Assembly: GCA_035559535.1 (NCBI GenBank)
Contig: DATMBG010000021.1
Coordinates: forward strand, 1-64,000
Source of the DNA: Candidatus Limnocylindrales bacterium
Lineage (GTDB): Bacteria > Moduliflexota > Moduliflexia > Moduliflexales > JAUQPW01
DNA length: 64,000 bases
Direction of reading: 5' to 3'
A model generated the notes under the pieces. That model did no database searches and had not been told where the DNA came from. It saw only the letters and a program-made list of their open reading frames with translations. This document shows positions 1 through 8,118 of the stretch, piece after piece. Both the position numbers and the translations under genes were made by a program. How positions within the stretch are numbered: the first letter of the stretch is position 1; each line of letters begins with the position of its first letter.

Positions 1-208
1 CCGTCCCGGTTGACCCACCTTGCAAAAAGAGGGAGCTTGCCCTCACGAAGGAGATTCAATGCATTTCGCTACTCAACCAGCAAGATAGCTAAACCAGTTA
101 TTAATCCCCTGAAATGAAAAAATGTGGGTAATGGTTAGCTCAAGGGAGGGATGGAGGCAGGGTCGCTCCGAACTTTTTTGTAAGTCGGGGATTTTATTGA
201 ATTACAAA

Positions 209-363
209 AGCCCCACAGGGGCGATCTGTTTATAGTAGATCCATGTTCTTTTTATTAACCTGGCCTCAGAGGAGCCGGCCTGTTGGTAGACAGGTCGCCC
301 CACCAGGGCTATAGAAAAGGAGAAGGAATATTCTTCCTATAAACAGGCTGCCCCTCCGGGGCT
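209..363. repeat. Cluster of four REP-like palindromic units (two forward, two inverted)
   Basis: AGCCCCACAGGGGCGATCTGTTTATAG (209-235) and a degenerate direct copy (262-289), then inverted copies ACAGGTCGCCCCACCAGGGCT (290-310) and CTATAAACAGGCTGCCCCTCCGGGGCT (337-363); a related unit lies at 51118-51139. Confidence 0.8.
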
Positions 364-618
364 TACCCAGGTTATTGGATTTAAAATTTAATAGGTTCAA
401 GTTAAAAACTGCAAAAATTATAGAGTCCCACTTTTTCAAGTTGAGAAGGATACTTTAAGAGGGTCCTTGCCGATAACCCATGAAGTCATTGGGTACGGAG
501 AGGAGGAGAGCTATGCGTCCCCTGGCTTCTCTGGGGACTTCGGCTTACCTCACTTTTTGTAAAGACAGGTCTGGTATTAACTTGAAAAGATAGGACTTTT
601 ACTTATTGACGAGACCTT

Positions 619-1632
619 ATGGCGCTCAAGAAGGTGGTTTCCCTGGGTGGAAGCTCAGGTCCTCGATTGGTGTTTGAGAGTATCGGATCTTTCCCGGATA
701 TTCAGCTTACAGCCATCGTTGCCACAACAGATACCGGAAGCAGTACGGGGATCATCCGTAAGAATTTTTCCATTCCCGCTCCAGGGGATCTGCGGGCCAC
801 CCTGGCCCTCATGGCGGATCCTCCGGAGGCTTATAAACTTTTAAAAGAATTGTTTGAATATCGGCTTCAGCCGAGTCTTTCAACGGACCTTAGGAACATG
901 GCCTTCGGGAATCTCTTTATTACAGCCTTAGCCGAGTTGTTGGGAGATTTTGATGGGGCTATTCAATGGCTGCATCAGTTCTTACAAGTCCGGGGAAAGG
1001 TTTTACCCGTTTCCCTTCAAAGCACCCATATTTGTGCCGAGTTGGAAGACGGGTCTATTGTAAAGGGAGAGTACTCCATCCGACAACCCCACAAACCTCC
1101 CATTAAAAGAATCTTCTTGGAAGATCCGGAGGCTAAAGCAAACCCGGCTTGCCTTGAAGCTTTACATACGGCCGATCTTATCGTAATAGGCCCCGGCTGT
1201 CTTTATACCAGTCAGATCGCCTGTCTGGTTTTTCCTGGGATCGTAGAAGCCATTCAAAAATCTTCCGCCAAAAAGGTTTACATTTGTAATACAACGACCT
1301 ATCCGGGTCAGACCGATGGATTTACCTGCTTACGTCATGTGGAAGAAATTATGGCCTACCTTGGGAAGAATGTTCTGCACTATGCCCTCATCAACCAGGG
1401 AACCCCTTCCCAAGAGGTCCTGGACTTATATGCACAGGAGGGTTGTATGTTTATGGATTTAACGCCGGAAATGCGAGATCAAATTCAGAAGTTAAATATC
1501 CGTATCTTGAGTGGTTATCTCTTAGAACCTGAGAGAAAAGAGAAAAGAAAGCTTCACAAGTTGGATACCATCCGGCTGGATCCTGGGAAGGTTGGGTTAC
1601 TCTTATATCAGATCCTAACCTGTAAAGAATAA
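619..1632 (+). CDS. yvcK: YvcK/GlmR (UPF0052, CofD-like) family protein
   Basis: Motifs TDTGSSTGIIR, PGDLR, GNLFITAL, ADLIVIGPGCLYTS typical of the YvcK family. Confidence 0.85.
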   Translation: MALKKVVSLGGSSGPRLVFESIGSFPDIQLTAIVATTDTGSSTGIIRKNFSIPAPGDLRATLALMADPPEAYKLLKELFEYRLQPSLSTDLRNMAFGNLFITALAELLGDFDGAIQWLHQFLQVRGKVLPVSLQSTHICAELEDGSIVKGEYSIRQPHKPPIKRIFLEDPEAKANPACLEALHTADLIVIGPGCLYTSQIACLVFPGIVEAIQKSSAKKVYICNTTTYPGQTDGFTCLRHVEEIMAYLGKNVLHYALINQGTPSQEVLDLYAQEGCMFMDLTPEMRDQIQKLNIRILSGYLLEPERKEKRKLHKLDTIRLDPGKVGLLLYQILTCKE

Positions 1633-2574
1633 TCAGAACCAGCGCTTCTTATCTACGATATTCTTTAAAGGTTCACCTCCCATAAACCGTTGAAGGTTTT
1701 CTTTTACAACGTGGATTCGGCGCTCTGCCGTATGAGGGTCTTCTCCTGCAGTATGGGGAGTTATAATGACATTTTCCATGCCCCAAAGGGGATGGTGAGA
1801 AGGGAGAGGTTCGATTTCAAAGACATCCAATCCTGCACCGGCAATTTCACCGTTCTGCAAGGCTGTAGTTAAGGCCGCCAAATCCACCACCACCCCGCGC
1901 CCCACATTGATAAAGTAAGCGGTTTTCTTCATCTGCCTGAACTGGGCCATACCGATCATTTTAACCGTCTCGGGGGTTTGCGGTACACACACTACGACAA
2001 AATCGGACTCTGCTAAGAGCCTGCTTAATTTATCGAGTCCCCACAACGCCTTAACAAATCTGGGTTTTCTTTTCTTGATGGCATCGACCGCAAGGACCCG
2101 CATCCCGGAAGTTGCTCCCCGTCTGGCCACCTCCGTTCCGATTCCACCCAACCCGATAATCCCTAAGGTCTGGTCCGCCAGATGGATGACAGGGACACCC
2201 CCCTGCCATTTTCGTTGGAGTTGCCGTCGGAGGTAAATATGAAACCCACGGGCAAAACACAGAATATATCCCATGACATGATCTGCAATATGATCGCTGT
2301 AAATCCCTTGCATATTGGTGAGAATCACGTCACTTTCTACCAATGCGGGGAACATATAGTGTTCAAGCCCCGCAATAGGCGTTTGAATCCACCTCAATTT
2401 TTTCGCCTTTGCCAAAAGGGCCGGTGTAATGGTTCCATACATGGCATCTACCTCGTCCATAACCTCAAGCGCTTTCTCTTCTTCCTGGATATTCAAAACT
2501 TCAACCTCCTTTGAAACGGATTGGATCTCTTGAAGGGATTTCTCATCTATTGCGGGATAAATCAGGAATTTCAT
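1633..2574 (-). CDS. D-2-hydroxyacid dehydrogenase (NAD-dependent)
   Basis: GIIGLGGIG Rossmann motif, INVGRG, GLDVFEIEPL, ITPHTAG. Confidence 0.92.
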   Translation of the reverse strand: MKFLIYPAIDEKSLQEIQSVSKEVEVLNIQEEEKALEVMDEVDAMYGTITPALLAKAKKLRWIQTPIAGLEHYMFPALVESDVILTNMQGIYSDHIADHVMGYILCFARGFHIYLRRQLQRKWQGGVPVIHLADQTLGIIGLGGIGTEVARRGATSGMRVLAVDAIKKRKPRFVKALWGLDKLSRLLAESDFVVVCVPQTPETVKMIGMAQFRQMKKTAYFINVGRGVVVDLAALTTALQNGEIAGAGLDVFEIEPLPSHHPLWGMENVIITPHTAGEDPHTAERRIHVVKENLQRFMGGEPLKNIVDKKRWF

Positions 2575-2642
2575 AAGGTATACTCCTTTTAGAAGTGATC
2601 TTTTAAAGTCAAAGATTTTATATTAACTTTAAATGGGGAGAT

Positions 2643-3080
2643 ATGGAGCGTCAAGGATTTTATCCACCGGAAAGTCATTATTTTTTCTTTTATGGGACCC
2701 TATGTCGGAGGGGTTCCAATTTCAAAAAGTACGCCTACGACGCCTTAACCATTCAAGAAGCCAGAACTTTAGGAGAACTTTATCGCCTTCCCCAGGGGTA
2801 TCCGGTCCTGCTGCCAGGTTCTACAGGATATGTTTACGGTGAAGTCATGACCTTTCCAGATACCCGGAAAACCCTGGAACGATTGGACGAGTTGGAGGAA
2901 TATAATGAGAAAGATCCTGAAGGAAGCTATTACCTTCGGGTTTTAAAGGACGTTGAGATTTTGGAAACCGGCGAACACCTCCAGGCCTGGTGCTATCTGT
3001 TTCCGGAGAGTCGTCGTAGAGAGCTGGAAAAGATTGCTGTCAGGCTTCCTACGGGATATTGGGATCCAACCGAACTTTAG
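2643..3080 (+). CDS. Gamma-glutamylcyclotransferase (AIG2-like) family protein
   Basis: FFYGTL, GYPVL, VYGEV, LDELEEY motifs. Confidence 0.85.
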   Translation: MERQGFYPPESHYFFFYGTLCRRGSNFKKYAYDALTIQEARTLGELYRLPQGYPVLLPGSTGYVYGEVMTFPDTRKTLERLDELEEYNEKDPEGSYYLRVLKDVEILETGEHLQAWCYLFPESRRRELEKIAVRLPTGYWDPTEL

Positions 3081-3090
3081 GGCTCTTTCT

Positions 3091-4671
3091 TTATCGAACC
3101 CTCCGTCTCAACACCCGACTGAGAACTTCTTTAGCAGCACGTTCACCGGATTCAGTAGCTCCGTTCATAAATCCTTGAAAATCAAGACTTGTATGTTCTC
3201 CGGCAAAGTGGAGGCCCTTAACCGGTTCCATTTCGGCTCCTGCCAGGGTGGTATATTGACCCGGTCTATAGCAGGCATAACTTCCTTCAACGAAAGGCGC
3301 CGTCGGCCAGTGGTAACGGGCAGCTTGCCCGGTATAAGCCGTCGTGGCTCCGGGGAAAATTTTGTTGATCTGGGAAACGAAATCGGCAGCTTGTTCCTGA
3401 GGAGTCCCCTTACCGACCGTAATTCCACGCTTTCCTCCCACGAAGTTTGTCAGAATTCCATGTTTACCGGCCTGTCCACGGCTTGTGTCCCAAGAGGATT
3501 GATAACTCAGATCTGAAAAAGTACTGCCGTTACTTCCGGCCATCTGCCAGATCCGTTGGGAAAAGCCTGCAATAATCTTCGCATTGGTACCATAGCCCAG
3601 GGTCTCTATAGCCAGTCGCTTAACCGGAGGGAGTGGGACCTGGATGTTAACCTGCCGAAGCATGGTAAAAGGGATGGCCAGAACCACCTCGTCGGCTGTA
3701 ATATCTTTGGCCTTACCGGCCTGGTTAACCGTCAAGCGATAAGTCCCATTGGCAAGCTGTCGGATGGCTTCCAGGCGAGTTTCAAACTCGATGGGTCGCC
3801 GAAGTCGCTGGGCAAGTTGCTTTGGTACACTATCATTACCTTCGGCGATATGGAAGCGCTCATCACTTTCCCCGAAGAGTTTGAAGTGATCTGGATCGGT
3901 TCCGATCAAAAAGAGTAAATTCAGAGCACTTTGTTCATCCACTTCAAGGCCGTATTCCCCCAGATAGGCTACTTCCAGTAAAGATCCAATGACCCCGGTT
4001 ACACCCCGTGTATTTAACCATTCGGCGATACTGAGACGGTCCAGGGCTTGACCATTGTGGGGGTTTTTATAGGTCACCGATCCATCCCCGGTAAGGGTTG
4101 CAAGATCTTTCAGAATAAGCGCAGCGACCGGACGAAAATTTTCTACGATCTCGGTATAGGGCACAGAACGGTTTTCAAAGTAATAAACATCCGAGACCAA
4201 GTTATCATCGGCCTTATGGACATCGATCAGTGTAAGTCCTAGTTCCTTAACCAGACGCCGAAGCGAGGTGTGGCTGGTATCGATGAACTCACCCCCCAGC
4301 TCTGCAATCTGGCCGTCAGGAAAGGCCTTACGCAACGTAAACATACGTCCTCCCACCCGGGTATCTGCCTCTAGCACACGGGCCTGGATCCCCGCTTGCT
4401 GAAGTCGATAAGCACAGGTCAGTCCGGCACAACCTGCACCCACAATGACAACCCGGGGACCCTCGGCGGCCATTACCGAAAATTCTGGAAACACTTTATC
4501 CACCACTATCCCGGCTACGACGGCGGTGGCTGTTTGAAGGAACCGACGGCGACTCCATTGAACCTCGGCAATCTGTTCAAGCCCCTCCGTTGTGGAAATA
4601 CCTTTCGTTTCAAAGTATGCGGCAAGTTTTAAAGCACGTTGAATTTTAGAAAAAAGTTGGGTTCTGGCCAT
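3091..4671 (-). CDS. Flavin monoamine oxidase / L-amino acid oxidase family protein
   Basis: VVIVGAGCAGL, RVGGRM, ELGGEFID, FAGEHTS, GFMNGA..SG. Start placed at ATG 4671 behind a GGAGG SD (ORF track starts at 4743). SRRRFL twin-Arg-like motif about 40 aa in. Confidence 0.88.
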   Translation of the reverse strand: MARTQLFSKIQRALKLAAYFETKGISTTEGLEQIAEVQWSRRRFLQTATAVVAGIVVDKVFPEFSVMAAEGPRVVIVGAGCAGLTCAYRLQQAGIQARVLEADTRVGGRMFTLRKAFPDGQIAELGGEFIDTSHTSLRRLVKELGLTLIDVHKADDNLVSDVYYFENRSVPYTEIVENFRPVAALILKDLATLTGDGSVTYKNPHNGQALDRLSIAEWLNTRGVTGVIGSLLEVAYLGEYGLEVDEQSALNLLFLIGTDPDHFKLFGESDERFHIAEGNDSVPKQLAQRLRRPIEFETRLEAIRQLANGTYRLTVNQAGKAKDITADEVVLAIPFTMLRQVNIQVPLPPVKRLAIETLGYGTNAKIIAGFSQRIWQMAGSNGSTFSDLSYQSSWDTSRGQAGKHGILTNFVGGKRGITVGKGTPQEQAADFVSQINKIFPGATTAYTGQAARYHWPTAPFVEGSYACYRPGQYTTLAGAEMEPVKGLHFAGEHTSLDFQGFMNGATESGERAAKEVLSRVLRRRVR

Positions 4672-4711
4672 GACCAATCCTCCAAATCGATGGGTAAAAA
4701 AGCGGCCTCTT

Positions 4712-5359
4712 TTACACGGCCTCTTCCATATCCAAAAGGTCAAAATCGGTTACCACACGACTGACGCGTCCATCCGGGCCGTATCCCAGGTAGGTTGCAT
4801 AAAAACCATCTCCAAAGCCCGACGAAAAGGCTATGAGATTTGCTCCATTGGAAGGATTCATACATATATTCATCCAAGACCAGGAGGGAAGGTAGGTTTT
4901 TTCAAACTCCGAAATTAACCTTTCCCGATAGCCCTCTTCATGTTCTAATTTTTCCATAAGTATCTGAGCCGTTTCTGCATCCATAAAACATCCCATTTCC
5001 GAATCAACCCCATAACCAAATATCTCCCTTTCCCTCAGGGAGCCCAGATCCTGACCCGGAATTGTAGCCATTTCCCATCGTACGGGCATCTCAGAACCTG
5101 TCTGGATCATAGCACAGACAACCCTCTCATCCCCGGTATCCAGGAAATGGGCAACGCTTAAAATAACCGGATAAGAACCCGGTCTAAAACTTACCGTAAA
5201 GGGTTTGGGCTCCGGACAAACCAGGGGATCACAGGCAACTAACTTGCCTGAAGTCAAAACCAGCTCCCCAATGGGATGACATTTTAAAAGGATTTCTTCA
5301 TCTGCAACCACTATTTTTTGACCATCCTGAAAGGCCTTGGAAAAGTCGGGATGTTTCAT
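4712..5359 (-). CDS. DUF4241 domain protein
   Basis: SGKLVACDPL, YGVDSEMGCFMD, FSSGFGDGFYATYLG, VVTDF. Confidence 0.85.
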   Translation of the reverse strand: MKHPDFSKAFQDGQKIVVADEEILLKCHPIGELVLTSGKLVACDPLVCPEPKPFTVSFRPGSYPVILSVAHFLDTGDERVVCAMIQTGSEMPVRWEMATIPGQDLGSLREREIFGYGVDSEMGCFMDAETAQILMEKLEHEEGYRERLISEFEKTYLPSWSWMNICMNPSNGANLIAFSSGFGDGFYATYLGYGPDGRVSRVVTDFDLLDMEEAV

Positions 5360-5544
5360 AGGTTATCCTCCAAACATCATCAAACAGATAACGTATAGCC
5401 GGGGTTTACCTCTAGATTTGTCGTCATTATAAAAATTAATGAGAAGGATGCAAGGGGAAAATGCCGGGAATCGAAAGAAAGAATTCTCAAGCTAAAGATT
5501 TCTCTTCCTCAACCAGCTTGATTCAAACGATCCAAAGAAATAAC

Positions 5545-5574
5545 TTGACGGAGTATTCCTCCGACAGATATATA
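5545..5574 (+). promoter_or_regulatory. Candidate sigma70 promoter with overlapping palindromic operator upstream of the thiolase
   Basis: TTGACG-18-TATATA; imperfect palindrome TGACGGAG-TATTC-CTCCGACA overlaps the -35 and spacer. Confidence 0.4.
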
Positions 5575-5691
5575 ACAGATAGATAAAAGCTATACTTTCA
5601 AGGTTTAATTTTGCAAAAATAACGATTAGAGAAAACGGACTAAAGTATCCGGCTTCGATTTAGTCGTCAGCGAGAAGGGAGGAGAGTCAGT

Positions 5692-6891
5692 ATGCATAAA
5701 GATGTTGTCATTATCGGAGGAGCCCGGACCCCTTTCGGGAAATTCTTGGGAAGTCTCAAAGATATAGACTCTGTAGAGCTGGCCACCGTAGCCTCTAAGG
5801 AAGCCATGAGGCGGGCTCGAATCACACCGGATCGGATTGATCATGTGGTCTTTGGGAATGTTATTCAAACCCATAAAGGATCTATTTATTTAGCCAGACA
5901 CATCGGCTTAAAATCGGGGGTTCCGATTTCAACTCCGGCCCTTACCGTAAACCGACTGTGTGGTTCCGGTTTACAGGCCATAGTTTATGGAGCCCAATTG
6001 CTTTTGTTAGGTGAAGCAACCTTTGTACTGGCGGGTGGAACGGAAAATATGAGTCAGGCCCCCTATGTTTTACGTGGAGCTCGGGAAGGCTTCAGACTCT
6101 CATTTGCCGGAAATGAGCCGGTATTGCAGGATTCTCTAGGAGACGCTTTGGTAGACACATACCACGATACGCCCATGGCCATCACGGCTGAAAACTTAGC
6201 ACAGAAATATCAAATCACCCGACAGGAAGTAGATGAATTTGCTTTGCGGAGCCAGATGAAAGCCCGGGCGGCTATTATGGAAGGAAGACTTAAGGAAGAG
6301 ATCGTCCCCATGGAGATAACGGACAAAAAAGGACGGACCTCTATTTTTGACACCGATGAACATCCCCGTATGGATACCACCCTGGAAGGACTTTTGAAAT
6401 TACCTCCGGTATTTAAAAAAGACGGATGTGTGACGGCGGGTAATGCAAGTGGCATCTGTGACGGTGCAGCAGCTGTTGTTTTGACCACGGCAGATATAGC
6501 CGAAAAAGAGGGCCTGACCCCCCTGGGAAGATTGGTTAACTGGGGGCTGGCCGGTGTAGATCCCGATATCATGGGAATCGGACCGGCAGACGCTACCAGA
6601 ATCGTACTGAAAAAAGCAAATCTGAGCCTGAAGGACTTAGATCTGATCGAGATTAATGAAGCCTTTGCCGCCCAATATTTAGCCGTAGAGAAAGAATTAG
6701 GCCTCGACCGGGAGAAAGTGAATGTAAACGGTGGCGCCATCGCCTTAGGGCATCCGGTAGGCGCCAGCGGGGCCCGGCTGGCTTTAACCCTCCTCTATGA
6801 ACTTCGACGTCGAGAAGCTAAATACGGTCTGGCAAGCCTCTGTATCGGAGGTGGGCAGGGAATCGCAGCGATTTTTGAAAGAATATCGTAG
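5692..6891 (+). CDS. Acetyl-CoA C-acyltransferase (thiolase)
   Basis: NRLCGSG catalytic Cys, NEAF, GHPVGASG, CIGGGQG. Confidence 0.95.
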   Translation: MHKDVVIIGGARTPFGKFLGSLKDIDSVELATVASKEAMRRARITPDRIDHVVFGNVIQTHKGSIYLARHIGLKSGVPISTPALTVNRLCGSGLQAIVYGAQLLLLGEATFVLAGGTENMSQAPYVLRGAREGFRLSFAGNEPVLQDSLGDALVDTYHDTPMAITAENLAQKYQITRQEVDEFALRSQMKARAAIMEGRLKEEIVPMEITDKKGRTSIFDTDEHPRMDTTLEGLLKLPPVFKKDGCVTAGNASGICDGAAAVVLTTADIAEKEGLTPLGRLVNWGLAGVDPDIMGIGPADATRIVLKKANLSLKDLDLIEINEAFAAQYLAVEKELGLDREKVNVNGGAIALGHPVGASGARLALTLLYELRRREAKYGLASLCIGGGQGIAAIFERIS

Positions 6892-7038
6892 GTCAAACGT
6901 CCTTGTTTGACAATGGAAAAGACTCTTTCGCCTCTAAGACCCAAAGGTACTAAGATGTGCTAAAACTCTGAAGGTCTTTAGGTTCCTTCCAATCGGTAGA
7001 AAACAGGCTTAATGCCTTTGAGTCTTAGGGTTCCGGAT

Positions 7039-7893
7039 ATGCAAATTAAACATGTTGGGGTCGTTGGATGTGGATTGATGGGTTCGGGTATTGCCCAGGT
7101 TTGTGCACAAGCCGGATATCCGGTTACCGTAAGGGAGATTTCCCAAGATTTGCTGGATAAAGGACTTCAAAGTATCCATAAGTTTTTGTCAACCGGCGTT
7201 GAAAGAAAGAAGTTGACCGAAGAACAGAAAAATCAGATCCTGAGCCGAATTAAGGGAACAACTCGACTGGAGGATTTGGGGAATTGTGATTTGATCATTG
7301 AAGCCGTGGTAGAAGATATTCATATAAAAAAGGAAGTGTTTGGTGCACTGGACAAGATTTGTCCTTTTGAAACCATTCTGGCCAGTAATACCTCCTCCCT
7401 GACGATTATTGAGATGGCTGCGGCTACCCGTCGCCCAGATCGGGTTGTAGGCTTGCATTTTTTCAATCCGGCTCCCTTGATGAAATTGGTCGAGGTGGTA
7501 CGAACCATCGCTACAAAGGAGGAAGTCTTTCAGACAGCCTTTGAGTTTGTAAAGTCCCTGGGGAAAGAGCCTGTAGCGGCTAAGGATAACTCTGGATTTA
7601 TCGTTAATTTTCTACTGATTCCTTATCTGCTGGGAGCTATTCGGGCTCTCGAAAACGGATTGGCTTCTAAAGAGGACATCGATAAGGCCATGAAGCTGGG
7701 CTGCGGATACCCCATGGGGCCCTTTGAACTCCTGGATTTTGTAGGATTAGATACCACTTACAAAGTGGCCAATATTTTCTTTGAAGAATATCGAGATCGT
7801 CTTTATGCTCCACCCCCCCTGTTGAAAAAAATGGTTCTGGCCGGTTATCTGGGACGAAAATCCGGGAAAGGATTTTATGATTATCCCAAGTAA
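7039..7893 (+). CDS. hbd: 3-hydroxybutyryl-CoA / 3-hydroxyacyl-CoA dehydrogenase
   Basis: GVVGCGLMGSG, EAVVE, SNTSSL, GLHFFNP, GYPMGPF, GRKSGKGFY; start at ATG 7039 (track 7012). Confidence 0.9.
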   Translation: MQIKHVGVVGCGLMGSGIAQVCAQAGYPVTVREISQDLLDKGLQSIHKFLSTGVERKKLTEEQKNQILSRIKGTTRLEDLGNCDLIIEAVVEDIHIKKEVFGALDKICPFETILASNTSSLTIIEMAAATRRPDRVVGLHFFNPAPLMKLVEVVRTIATKEEVFQTAFEFVKSLGKEPVAAKDNSGFIVNFLLIPYLLGAIRALENGLASKEDIDKAMKLGCGYPMGPFELLDFVGLDTTYKVANIFFEEYRDRLYAPPPLLKKMVLAGYLGRKSGKGFYDYPK

Positions 7894-7942
7894 CTACACA
7901 CAGATTTCCCCCCTTCCTTTCTGAAGTAGGTTTTTCTTAACA

Positions 7943-8019
7943 CCTAACCCTCTCATCCCCATACTCCTTCCCCCCGTCCACGGGGGGATACAGGGGGGTA
8001 TGGGGATGAGAGGGTTAGG
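7943..8019. repeat. Perfect 22-bp inverted repeat with internal C6/G6 hairpin between convergent genes
   Basis: CCTAACCCTCTCATCCCCATAC (7943-7964) / GTATGGGGATGAGAGGGTTAGG (7998-8019); inner TCCCCCCG-TCCA-CGGGGGGA; similar inner unit at 51143-51161. Confidence 0.85.
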
Positions 8020-8118
8020 GTAGGCAATCCAACGGTGGGTCCTCCAAAACCATTTCGTCGAATGATGACACTACCATCCGTATTCTCGAGCTACTGCGGA
8101 TCGTGTAGGGGATAAGGT

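Noticed and set aside
1-110. Possible IS200/IS605 end or omega-RNA remnant (CAAGCTCCCTC...GGTGGGTCAAC on the minus strand)
   Set aside because: Resemblance is weak, no transposase, TnpB or IscB is in view, and it is cut by the window edge
2953-3516. Long antisense/shadow ORFs (also 6210-6740, 41238-41747, 57773-58255 and others)
   Set aside because: They overlap well-supported genes on the other strand or frame and lack motifs
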